Shown piece after piece: positions 50,197 through 59,158 of a stretch of 64,000 nucleotides of DNA. The notes below the pieces were generated by a model. The model saw only the letters and a list, made by a program, of their open reading frames with translations. It was not told the DNA's origin and searched no databases. The DNA is taken from NCBI GenBank assembly GCA_009835325.1, contig VXWP01000117.1, positions 33,111 to 97,110 on the forward strand, written 5' to 3'. Made by a program: the position numbers and the translations under genes. The first letter of the stretch is position 1. Every line of letters starts with the position of its first letter. The DNA comes from Gemmatimonadota bacterium. Its GTDB lineage: Bacteria > JAAXHH01.

Positions 50197-51522
50197 TCAG
50201 ACGGGATACTGGGGGTCATCGGCCGCCGACAGATCGGCGGGGCTGTTCAATACGCCCCCGGGATCCGGGGGAACGACCTCGTGATCGACCAGGGGATCGC
50301 CCGTGGAAACCATCCAGCGGTCCAACCGGGCGCGCATGTCGCGCAACACGTCCGCGGATTCGGGCCGGTCGGCCAGGTTGTTGGTCTCGTTTGGATCAAA
50401 CACGGTGTCGTAGAGTCTCTCACGGGGCACAACCCGATCGCGCCAACCCTGCTCGATCAGGGTCGTTTTCGTGATCGATGCGTCGCAGTTCGTCATGACG
50501 GGAAGTTCGCGGTCTCCGTATCGCCGGATGTACTTCCAGCGTTGCGTCCGCACGGCCCTCTGGGGCTCGTAGGCCGCGTGGTAGTTCACCTCGGCGAAGA
50601 CTTCTTCCCGGATCTCCGTGGCTTCACCTCGGACGAGCGGGTCCATTGACACGCCCTGCAGCCAGTCCGGCCAGGCCGACCGCTCGATCCCGACCAACGC
50701 GCAGATAGTAGGGAACAGGTCAATCTGGCTAACCATGCCATATATGACTTTGCCGCCGCTGTATCCCGCGGGACCGCGAAGGATGAGCATGACGCCCATG
50801 CCGTGGTCGGTGAGGTGGCATTTCATCATGGGGAAGGCGATGCCGTGATCGGTGGTGCAGACGACCAGGGTGTCGTCCCTCAACCTGCCCCTGTCGATGG
50901 CCTCCAACACCCGCCCCATCTTTCGATCGAGCGTGCGTGCGGCATCGATAAACAGGCCCATGTCCCGGCGAAGCTCCGGCGTATCGGGGAACGGTGCCGG
51001 CGGGCGCACGAAACGGGGATCGGCCGGCGGTTCCCCATCGGGTTGCGGTGCGAAGCCCGCGCCTCTGCGATGGGTTTCCCCGAACCCCACGTCCAGGAAG
51101 AACGGGCGGTCGTGGGGTTCGGACAGGAAGGCGGCGGCGAGTTCTTCAGCAGGGGCTTTCTCGTCACCGGTCTCCCGCGGCAGGATGCGTGACCACCCGG
51201 CGTCATCCAGATCCTTCACCACGTGCTGGAATCCGGCCATCACCGTGTCGAATCCCGCCTTGCGCAGCGTGTGCATGATGAGCCGCTCGGGATGGTGGAT
51301 CGACCATCCCCGGTTGACCAGGCCGAACATGCCGCAGCTGTGGGCCCACTGTCCGGTGAGCAGGGCCGCCCGGCTCGGGGAACAGGTCGGGTTCGCGCAG
51401 TAGGCCGACCTGAAAAGGACCCCGTCCTCCGCCAGTCGTTGCAGGGCGGGTGTGGGTATGGCGTGGCCGTAGGGTTGTATGTACCGGCCCGTATCGTGGG
51501 AATGGAGGTATACGATATTCAC
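50197..51522 (-). CDS. sulfatase (formylglycine-dependent arylsulfatase family)
   Basis: CSPSR (C-x-P-x-R) formylglycine motif near the N-terminus (CANPTCSPSRAALLTGQ). No obvious signal peptide. Confidence 0.85.
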   Translation of the reverse strand: MNIVYLHSHDTGRYIQPYGHAIPTPALQRLAEDGVLFRSAYCANPTCSPSRAALLTGQWAHSCGMFGLVNRGWSIHHPERLIMHTLRKAGFDTVMAGFQHVVKDLDDAGWSRILPRETGDEKAPAEELAAAFLSEPHDRPFFLDVGFGETHRRGAGFAPQPDGEPPADPRFVRPPAPFPDTPELRRDMGLFIDAARTLDRKMGRVLEAIDRGRLRDDTLVVCTTDHGIAFPMMKCHLTDHGMGVMLILRGPAGYSGGKVIYGMVSQIDLFPTICALVGIERSAWPDWLQGVSMDPLVRGEATEIREEVFAEVNYHAAYEPQRAVRTQRWKYIRRYGDRELPVMTNCDASITKTTLIEQGWRDRVVPRERLYDTVFDPNETNNLADRPESADVLRDMRARLDRWMVSTGDPLVDHEVVPPDPGGVLNSPADLSAADDPQYPV

Positions 51523-51559
51523 AGACTGACGATCCCTGGGTATGGTTTTCTACCTGTTG

Positions 51560-53329
51560 CTACATGCGCCTCGGCACCTCAATGCCGAGCAGGTCCAGCA
51601 CCCGCTCCAGCACGCGCAGCGTGACCCCCGACAGGGCGAGCCAGGAGGCCCGGCGGTCCGCATCTTCCTCGTTCAGGATGTGGTGGGTATGGTAGAACCG
51701 GTTATAGGCCGTGGCCAGCTGGAAGGCATACTCGCACAGGTGGTTCGGCGCCCGGGTTTCGAAGGCCAGGTCGACCACCTCGGGCAATTCGGACAACTTG
51801 AGGTCCAGGTCGCGTTCCGACTCGCTTCGGGGCGCCATGATCCCACCCGGCTGGAGGCCGCGTTCGCCGGCCCGCCTTAGCACCGACTTGATCCGGACGG
51901 CTGCGTAGAGGATGTAGGGACCCGTTCGGCCCTCGAAGGATGAAAAACGGTCCAGGTCGAAGACATAGTCCTTCGTCCGGTGGTTCATCAGGTCGGCATA
52001 CTTCAGGGCGGCTACGCCCACGATGCGGGCGATGTGCTCCTTCTCGTCCTCGTCGTATTCGCGGACCGATTCGATGGTTTCAATGCGCGCCATGGCGTGA
52101 TCGGTCACCAGCCCGATCAGGTCCTTCAGTTTCATGATCCCGCCTTCGCGGGTCTTGAAGGGCTTCCCGTCCTTACCGTTCATGGTCCCGAAGCCGTTGT
52201 GTTCCAACCGCGTCGTCTCCGGCGCTACGCCCGTCTTGTAGGAAGCCTTGAATACCTGTATGAAATGCTGCCGCTGCCGATTGTCGACCACGTATAGGAT
52301 GCAGTCGGGCTGGAATTGCTCCACGCGCTGGTTTATGGTCGCCAGATCGGTCGTGCCGTACAGCACAGCGCCGTCGGTCTTCTCCAGCATCAGCGGCGGG
52401 ATCGATTCCTTGTCCTCCGAGTCGTCGACCTCTACGACCAGTGCGCCCCGGCTTTCCGTGGCGTATCCCTCCGCCTTCAATCGTTCAATCAGACCAAGAA
52501 GCCGGTCCTGGGTATCGCTCTCTCCAAGCCACAAGTCGAAATGGATGTTCAACAGTTCGTAGCTCTGCCGGAGGTCGTCGACGGACACGTCACGGAAATG
52601 TTGCCACAGCGCGCGGTAACCCGGCCGTCCGGCCTGCAGGTCCACCGTGGCCTGACGCGCGGCCTCGGCGAATTCCTGGTCGCTTTTTTCTCTTTCGCTG
52701 GCCTGGGGATACAACTCCTCCAGGTCACTTATGGTCACGGGGGGCTCATCGGGATACGGCCCCGAGAAACCGGCGTCGAAATAGGGCAGGCCGGGCTGGC
52801 GGTCCCGGAGGCCCTCGATGATGAGACCCATCTGCAGACCCCAGTCGCCCAGGTGCACGTCGCCGATCACATCGTGGCCCAGGAAGCGGCAGATCCGCAC
52901 GATGCTCTCGCCGATGATGGCGGCCCGGAGATGGCCGACGTGGAGCGGTTTGGCCACGTTTGGGCCCCCGTAGTCTACGAGGATCCGGCCGGGCGTCCCG
53001 GTGATTTCGCAGCCCAGCCTGTCGTCCTCGTACACTTCCTGGACGTGGGCGGCGATGTAGTCATCCTGCAGCACGATGTTGATGAAGCCCGGTCCGGCGA
53101 GCGAAAGATCTTCGAACACGGCCGGCGCCGAGATGGAATCGACCACGTTCTGTGCAATCTGACGTGGGTTGGCCCGGTACTGTTTGGCCGCCGCAAGCGC
53201 CCCGTTGCACTGGAACTGGCACAGGTCCGGCCGGTCCGATACCCGCACTTCGCCATAGCTTCGATCATAGCCGGCCGATTCGAAGGCGTCGGCAAACAGG
53301 CCGGTCAGTTTATCCGCCAGGGTTCCCAC
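51560..53329 (-). CDS. argS: arginine--tRNA ligase
   Basis: HIGH-class motif PLHVGHLR and a conserved ArgRS N-terminal domain. 589 aa. Confidence 0.95.
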   Translation of the reverse strand: MGTLADKLTGLFADAFESAGYDRSYGEVRVSDRPDLCQFQCNGALAAAKQYRANPRQIAQNVVDSISAPAVFEDLSLAGPGFINIVLQDDYIAAHVQEVYEDDRLGCEITGTPGRILVDYGGPNVAKPLHVGHLRAAIIGESIVRICRFLGHDVIGDVHLGDWGLQMGLIIEGLRDRQPGLPYFDAGFSGPYPDEPPVTISDLEELYPQASEREKSDQEFAEAARQATVDLQAGRPGYRALWQHFRDVSVDDLRQSYELLNIHFDLWLGESDTQDRLLGLIERLKAEGYATESRGALVVEVDDSEDKESIPPLMLEKTDGAVLYGTTDLATINQRVEQFQPDCILYVVDNRQRQHFIQVFKASYKTGVAPETTRLEHNGFGTMNGKDGKPFKTREGGIMKLKDLIGLVTDHAMARIETIESVREYDEDEKEHIARIVGVAALKYADLMNHRTKDYVFDLDRFSSFEGRTGPYILYAAVRIKSVLRRAGERGLQPGGIMAPRSESERDLDLKLSELPEVVDLAFETRAPNHLCEYAFQLATAYNRFYHTHHILNEEDADRRASWLALSGVTLRVLERVLDLLGIEVPRRM

Positions 53330-53339
53330 GAAGATCCTT

Positions 53340-53768
53340 TCAGGCTGGACTGCCGTATATGGTGACCACCAGACGCCGCGCGCCGCCGCGGTCCCGGTGT
53401 TCGCAGAGATAGATGCCCTGCCAGACCCCCAGGTTCAGCCGGCCGGCGGTGACGGGAATGGACACGCTGCTGCCCATCATCGAGGCCTTGATGTGCGCCG
53501 GCATGTCGTCCGGTCCCTCCTCGTCATGACGGTAGTACGGCTGGTGCTCGGGGACCAGGACGTTCATGTGGCGCTCGAAGTCGCCCCGGACGTCGGGCGC
53601 CGCGTTCTCGTTGATGGTGAGGGAAGCGGAGGTGTGGCAGATGAAGACGTGGGCGATGCCGACATCGATATCCGCCAGCGCGGGGACCTGGCCGGTGATC
53701 TCATCCGTCACCAGGTGGAAGCCCCGGGGCCTGGGGGTCAAGGTAATCTGCTTCTGTATCCACCGCAT
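53340..53768 (-). CDS. yjbQ: YjbQ/UPF0047 family protein (secondary thiamine-phosphate synthase-like)
   Basis: 142 aa. Start at internal ATG 53768. Conserved YjbQ core (VFICHTSASLTINENAAPDVRGD). Its start overlaps the peptidase stop (TGATG). Confidence 0.8.
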   Translation of the reverse strand: MRWIQKQITLTPRPRGFHLVTDEITGQVPALADIDVGIAHVFICHTSASLTINENAAPDVRGDFERHMNVLVPEHQPYYRHDEEGPDDMPAHIKASMMGSSVSIPVTAGRLNLGVWQGIYLCEHRDRGGARRLVVTIYGSPA

Positions 53769-55711
53769 CAGAGTACGTACCGCTTCAGGAACCGTTCCAC
53801 GTCGTCGTAGAAGGAAACGATGGTTTCGACTTTGCGCCAGCCGTGCCCCTCGCCTTCGTACAACCGGTAGATGTGGGGCACCTTGTTCCGCTTGAGGACC
53901 TCGACGATCGATTCGGCCTGGTCCGGGGGGACCACCTTGTCCTCGCTGCCCTGGAATATGGCGACCGGATCGCGGATTCTGTCCGCGTGGAAGAGGGGCG
54001 ACCAGGCCTGGTACCGGTCGCTGTGCTCGGGCAGCGTCCCCACCATCAGGTCCAGGTATTTCGCCTCGAACTTGTGGGTATCCGTGGCCAGGCCGAAGAG
54101 ATTGGTCACGCCGTAGAGACACAGGCCGGCCCGGAAGACTCCGGGGTGATGGACCAGGGCGTTCAGTACGGTAAAACCTCCCGCGCTGCCGCCCTTGATG
54201 ACGATGCGGTCCGGATCGGCGAGTTCACGATCCACGAGGGCAAGGGCGCCGCTGACGGCGTCTTCTGTGTCGTACTCGCCCCAGTGCTCGCGCAGGGCGG
54301 TCATGTAACTGCGCCCGTAACCCGTACTTCCGCGGTAGTTGACATACAGGCAGGCATAGCCCCGGTTGGTGAAGAAAGGGATCTCGGCGGAATAGTCCGT
54401 CCGATGCTGGCCGGTCGGTCCCCCGTGGATGCTGACAATGGCCGGCGGCTTTCCGGACCCGGAGAACCGGCTGCTGGCCGGTGGATAGTAGAGTCCGTGC
54501 ACCTCGCCCCCGCCCGGGTTCTTCCAGGTAATCGATTCGGGAACGGAGAGGTCGGCTGCGGGGATCATCTCCGACTGGCTGCGGCGATGCACCGTATGGC
54601 GATGCACCGTTGATTCGCTTTCCTCCAGGGTAACCACGCGCTCCGGAACGGTGGACGAAGAGGCGATACAGGCCACGGCATCCCGCGCCGGGGAGATGGC
54701 AATCTGCATCATCCAGGTGTACCGGGGTGTTTCGACCTTCGTCTTCCGGCCGGTCGACACGGAGACCTTCCAAAGCGACGCGAAGCCCTTTTCGTTTGTG
54801 CGGAAGTAGAGGGTATCGCCGTCCGGCCCCCAGCCGTAGACCCGTACGCCCTGTACCCAGGCTGGGTCGGCCAGGGTGGCGCCCCCGGCCACGACGCGCT
54901 GCTCGCCCGTATCCAGGTTCAGCGCGACCAGGTTTTCCCACTCTCCTTCCGTGACGATGTAGGAAAGCCACCTGCCGTCGGGGGAAAAGGCGGGCTGGAA
55001 TACCGGCGTATCCGTATCTCCCGCGATCAACTGCTCGTCTTCCAGCGCACGGCGGCCGGAATCGATCCGGGCGGTCTTCAACCGCGTGCCGTCCCAGGGC
55101 ATCTGCGGCTGGTCCCACTCGATCCAGGCGATCCGCTCGCCGTCGGGATGCCAGGCCGGCTGCATGTAGAAATCAGCGCCGCGCACCAGGTTCACCGGCC
55201 ATCCGCTGCCCTCGCCGTCGACCAAAGCGATGACGTCTACCGATTCGCAGGTGTGGACGTACAGCACCCACTTTCCATCCGGTGACACGGTGGGCGAAGC
55301 GGCCGCGCCAAAGGCGGGCGTGATCGGCCGGGCCGTTCCCGGAGCGAGGGACTGGCGGTACAGCCTGCCGTCCTTTTCGGCGAACACGACCCAGTCATCG
55401 GCCACGGTGAAATCGCCGCCCCCGTAGCCCACGCCGCCCCGGACCGGATGGCCGTCCGTCAGGTCGTATGGCGCGTCGGTGCCGTTGCGGCAAACGAGCA
55501 CACCGGTATCCGATCGCTGTTCCAGCCATACCAGGCCGGTGCCGTCGCCGTTCCACTGCACGTCGTAGAGCGGTGTCCGGGCACCCATCGTCTTCGCCGT
55601 AATGGCGCTTTTCCAGTAACCATTCGCGACGGGTATGCGGTCCGTTGACACGGGTATGCGGTCCGCCGCCTGACCGGTCAGCACGGGTTTGTCCTTATCG
55701 CCAGGTTCCAT
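53768..55711 (-). CDS. S9 family serine peptidase (beta-propeller plus alpha/beta-hydrolase, prolyl-oligopeptidase/acylaminoacyl-peptidase-like)
   Basis: GGSAGG nucleophile elbow. C-terminal catalytic-triad region. N-terminal propeller repeats. Confidence 0.85.
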   Translation of the reverse strand: MEPGDKDKPVLTGQAADRIPVSTDRIPVANGYWKSAITAKTMGARTPLYDVQWNGDGTGLVWLEQRSDTGVLVCRNGTDAPYDLTDGHPVRGGVGYGGGDFTVADDWVVFAEKDGRLYRQSLAPGTARPITPAFGAAASPTVSPDGKWVLYVHTCESVDVIALVDGEGSGWPVNLVRGADFYMQPAWHPDGERIAWIEWDQPQMPWDGTRLKTARIDSGRRALEDEQLIAGDTDTPVFQPAFSPDGRWLSYIVTEGEWENLVALNLDTGEQRVVAGGATLADPAWVQGVRVYGWGPDGDTLYFRTNEKGFASLWKVSVSTGRKTKVETPRYTWMMQIAISPARDAVACIASSSTVPERVVTLEESESTVHRHTVHRRSQSEMIPAADLSVPESITWKNPGGGEVHGLYYPPASSRFSGSGKPPAIVSIHGGPTGQHRTDYSAEIPFFTNRGYACLYVNYRGSTGYGRSYMTALREHWGEYDTEDAVSGALALVDRELADPDRIVIKGGSAGGFTVLNALVHHPGVFRAGLCLYGVTNLFGLATDTHKFEAKYLDLMVGTLPEHSDRYQAWSPLFHADRIRDPVAIFQGSEDKVVPPDQAESIVEVLKRNKVPHIYRLYEGEGHGWRKVETIVSFYDDVERFLKRYVL

Positions 55712-55854
55712 GTTTACCGCTTGTAATCACCGCGCTTAAATCCTTTCTTGAATATACCCGCAGGCGGTTCGTAAGCAACCGTTTATGCATCGTCCGAAGG
55801 CATGTCCGAATCATCACCGCCCGGCTGGCCCGGGAACCGGTTACGGTGCTGTTC

Positions 55855-57600
55855 ATGCGTCTCTCAAAGTTCTTCTATCAAACGCTGCGCGAGGCACAGG
55901 GCGAAGCGGAAACGCCCAGCCACCAGCTTCTCCTTCGCGCGGGTCTCGTCCGGCAGGTGGCTTCCGGCATCTTCGCCTACCTGCCCCTCGGCCTGCGGGT
56001 CAAACGACGCATCGAAGAGATCGTCCGCGAAGAGATGGACGCCATCGGCGGCCAGGAGGTGGCGCTGCCCGTGGTGCAGCCGGCGGACCTCTGGCGGGAG
56101 AGCGGCCGGTGGCAGCAGATCGGGAGCGACATGGCCCGGCTTAAGGACCGGAACGGCCGCGATCTGTGCCTGGCAATGACCCACGAAGAAGTGGTGACGT
56201 CCCTGATACGCGACGTGATCAGAAGCTATCGTCAAATGCCCTGCCTGATGTACCAGATCCAGACCAAGTTCAGAGATGAGCCGCGGCCGCGAGCCGGGCT
56301 GATCCGCATGCGCGAGTTCACGATGAAGGACGGATACTCTTTTCACGTGGATGCCGGAAGTCTGGACGACTGGTACGAGAAGGTCTTCGAGGCTTATACC
56401 AACATATTCCGGCGCTGCGGACTCGACGCGGTGGCGGTGCGCAGCGACCCGGGGATGATGGGCGGGTCGGACGCCCACGAGTTCATCGAACCGGCGCCGT
56501 CCGGCGAAGACACGATCCTGTCCTGCGATGCCTGCGGATACCGTGCAAACAGACAGGTTGCACTATTCGGGAAAGACCGCCCGACCGCCGAGGAACGGCT
56601 GCCCCTCGAGGACATCCACACGCCGGGCACCGCTACGATCGACGATCTTGCCAGGTACCTGGACATCCCTGCGACGAAGACCGCCAAGGCTGTGTTCATG
56701 GTCGCCACTGTCCCGGACGATCGGGACGGCGGCGAAGGCGGGGCGGCGGACCGGTTCGTGTTTGCCGTGCTCCGGGGCGACATGGAACTCAGCGATACCA
56801 AGCTGGCCAATGCAGTCGGAGCGCTCCAGCTGCGGCCGGCCACGCCGGAGGAGATACGCGCCGTCGGCGCGGAGCCCGGCTTCGGGTCGCCGCTCGGCAT
56901 AGACCGGTCCCGATCGCTCCTCGTCGTCGACGATCTGATCCCGGCCTGCTTCAACCTGATCGCGGGCGCCAACCGGATAGACTATCACGTGCGCAATGTG
57001 AATTACGGACGGGACTACGAAGCCGATATCGTCGCGGACATCTCCGCGGCCGGCGACGGAGACGCCTGCCCCGCCTGCGGCGCCGGCCTCCGGGCCGACC
57101 AGGGTATCGAAGTCGGAAACATCTTCAAGCTCGGGGATAAGTACAGCAAGGCCATGAACGCTGGCTACCTGGACCGGGCGAATGTCTCCCGGCCCGTCGT
57201 CATGGGTTGCTACGGGATCGGTATCGACCGCCTCATGGCGTCGATCGTGGAGCGCCACCACGACGACAACGGCATCTGCTGGCCCGCAGCCACGGCACCA
57301 TTCCAGGTGGTCGTCATCGACCTGTCCGGCGGCGATTCCCGCCTATCTGACGCGGCGGAATCGGTTTACGAAACCCTGGTCTCGGCGGGACTCGAAGTGC
57401 TCTTCGACGACCGTGACGATCGAGCCGGAGTGAAGTTCAACGACGCAGACCTCATGGGCATTCCGGTGAGGCTGACCGTGGGCAGGCGCGGGGTAGAAAA
57501 AGGCGTTGTGGAACTCAAGATACGGCGGTCGGGCGAGATGAAGGATGTGCCGCTGGGGGACGGGCTGGTGCAAGCGGTGAAGGCGTCAATCGGGACGTAG
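55855..57600 (+). CDS. proS: proline--tRNA ligase (bacterial type with editing domain)
   Basis: Conserved ProRS N-terminus (MRLSKFFYQTLRE...). Class II motifs. Start at internal ATG 55855. Confidence 0.9.
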   Translation: MRLSKFFYQTLREAQGEAETPSHQLLLRAGLVRQVASGIFAYLPLGLRVKRRIEEIVREEMDAIGGQEVALPVVQPADLWRESGRWQQIGSDMARLKDRNGRDLCLAMTHEEVVTSLIRDVIRSYRQMPCLMYQIQTKFRDEPRPRAGLIRMREFTMKDGYSFHVDAGSLDDWYEKVFEAYTNIFRRCGLDAVAVRSDPGMMGGSDAHEFIEPAPSGEDTILSCDACGYRANRQVALFGKDRPTAEERLPLEDIHTPGTATIDDLARYLDIPATKTAKAVFMVATVPDDRDGGEGGAADRFVFAVLRGDMELSDTKLANAVGALQLRPATPEEIRAVGAEPGFGSPLGIDRSRSLLVVDDLIPACFNLIAGANRIDYHVRNVNYGRDYEADIVADISAAGDGDACPACGAGLRADQGIEVGNIFKLGDKYSKAMNAGYLDRANVSRPVVMGCYGIGIDRLMASIVERHHDDNGICWPAATAPFQVVVIDLSGGDSRLSDAAESVYETLVSAGLEVLFDDRDDRAGVKFNDADLMGIPVRLTVGRRGVEKGVVELKIRRSGEMKDVPLGDGLVQAVKASIGT

Positions 57601-57622
57601 ACTCTTGTCCTTTGCGGTATCG

Positions 57623-58486
57623 TCAGAAGATTTCCACCCCGGCTTCCGCCGCGATGCGCCGGACGTTCGCGACGGCCGTCGGGATTTTGTCCTCGGGCAA
57701 ATGCTCCACCAGCATGTAGCCTTCCGGCTGAACCTCCTCCCAACGCCGAACGGCCGTGACCAGGTCGAGCACCCCGGCGCCGGGCACTTCCTCGTTCATG
57801 TGGAGGACGAAGCCGGGTTCCACGCTGAGGTCCTTGATGTGGCAGACTGTCGAGATCGGTCCCATGACGTCGAAGATGTGGTTTAAACGTTCCGTGCTGT
57901 GGTAAGCCTGGTCCAGGGACTGGAAGTGGTTCACGAAATCCATGACCACGCGCAGTCGATCGGACCCGACGGCTTCGATCACCTGCCGGTTGATCTCGGG
58001 CGACCCCATGATCGTAAGCACGTGGGTCTCGATCACGATGGTCATCCCCTCCTCCTCCGCCTTGCCCGCGACCCGCGACAGGGTGTCGATCAGCACGTCG
58101 AGCCGACCCGGTTCGTGGTTCTCGGGCGTAGGGTCATAGGACCCCGCCGGGTTCAGGCTGCCGGTCCGGATTAATACGTTGTGAGCCCTGAGTGCCCGGC
58201 CTGCTTCGATGCCGCGGTAAATGGTCTGTAAAACCCGGTCACGCACCGATCCGTCCGGGTCGAACAGGCACTCGCGGTAGCCGATGCCGAACTGGGCCAG
58301 CTCCAGACCCAGCTCATCATAGAGCGCGTTGACCCGGTTGCAGTCCGCCGGCGTCAGCTCGTCCAGTACCTCACCGGGACCGTGGTAGCAGACCGAGGTG
58401 ACGCCCTGGTCCAGGCCCTTCTTCAATACCTCAGCCGTGACGGCCCGGGGATCCCCCGGCGCGAAACCCACGACGCCCAGTCGCAT
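57623..58486 (-). CDS. sugar phosphate isomerase/epimerase (xylose-isomerase-like TIM barrel) family protein
   Basis: Characteristic metal-binding Glu/Asp/His pattern (IETH..., MDFVNH...). 287 aa. Confidence 0.75.
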   Translation of the reverse strand: MRLGVVGFAPGDPRAVTAEVLKKGLDQGVTSVCYHGPGEVLDELTPADCNRVNALYDELGLELAQFGIGYRECLFDPDGSVRDRVLQTIYRGIEAGRALRAHNVLIRTGSLNPAGSYDPTPENHEPGRLDVLIDTLSRVAGKAEEEGMTIVIETHVLTIMGSPEINRQVIEAVGSDRLRVVMDFVNHFQSLDQAYHSTERLNHIFDVMGPISTVCHIKDLSVEPGFVLHMNEEVPGAGVLDLVTAVRRWEEVQPEGYMLVEHLPEDKIPTAVANVRRIAAEAGVEIF

Positions 58487-58573
58487 GTAACCGTCCTTTA
58501 CGTACCCGCTTGATCCGATCCGGACCGCGCGCTACGCGATGCCGCGCGCCTCGTTCTTCCGCCCGGCGTCCTT

Positions 58574-59080
58574 TCAGTTCCCGATGACCACCAGCACGTC
58601 GTTCTTGTCTACCGTGTCCCCTTCGCCGATCCGGATATCCTTGACCGTGCCGCCCGCATGAGCCCGTAGTTCGTTCTCCATCTTCATGGCTTCGATGACG
58701 ACCACACCGTGGCCGGTCTCCACCGTATCGCCCACCGCAACGGAAATCGACACGACGCGGCCGGGCATGGGCGCCTTGATCTGTTCGCCCCCGGCGCGTC
58801 GCCGGGTCTTGACCTGGCCGCGCAACCGGGCCAGTTGTTCGTCTTCCACGGTGACCAAGGACGATACGCCGTTGACCCTGACCTCCCGTTGCTCGCCCCA
58901 GGTCGCCGCGACCGCCGTATAGGACCTCCCTTCGATGAGCAGGGAATAGAACTGATCCCCCTGAATCGAGGCCATGTCGATTTCCACCGGGCGACCGTCG
59001 ATTTGCAGCGCGACCCGGCCTTCCCGGTCATCCAGGCTGACGGTGTATGTCGTACCCTGAATGGTGACTAGATAGCTCAA
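58574..59080 (-). CDS. biotin carboxyl carrier protein (biotinyl domain, AMKM motif)
   Basis: C-terminal EAMKMENEL biotinylation motif. Confidence 0.8.
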   Translation of the reverse strand: MSYLVTIQGTTYTVSLDDREGRVALQIDGRPVEIDMASIQGDQFYSLLIEGRSYTAVAATWGEQREVRVNGVSSLVTVEDEQLARLRGQVKTRRRAGGEQIKAPMPGRVVSISVAVGDTVETGHGVVVIEAMKMENELRAHAGGTVKDIRIGEGDTVDKNDVLVVIGN

Positions 59081-59158
59081 CGTGCACCCTTTCGCCGTCT
59101 TATGCGGCGGGCAATCCGCACGGCAACCTGCACCGGTCAGCCCGCGGCGGGAAGGCCG

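Noticed and set aside
55645-57600. 651-aa ProS ORF with a 70-aa N-terminal extension
   Set aside because: The extension overlaps the divergent peptidase promoter region and is not ProRS-like. The conserved ProRS N-terminus starts at ATG 55855.
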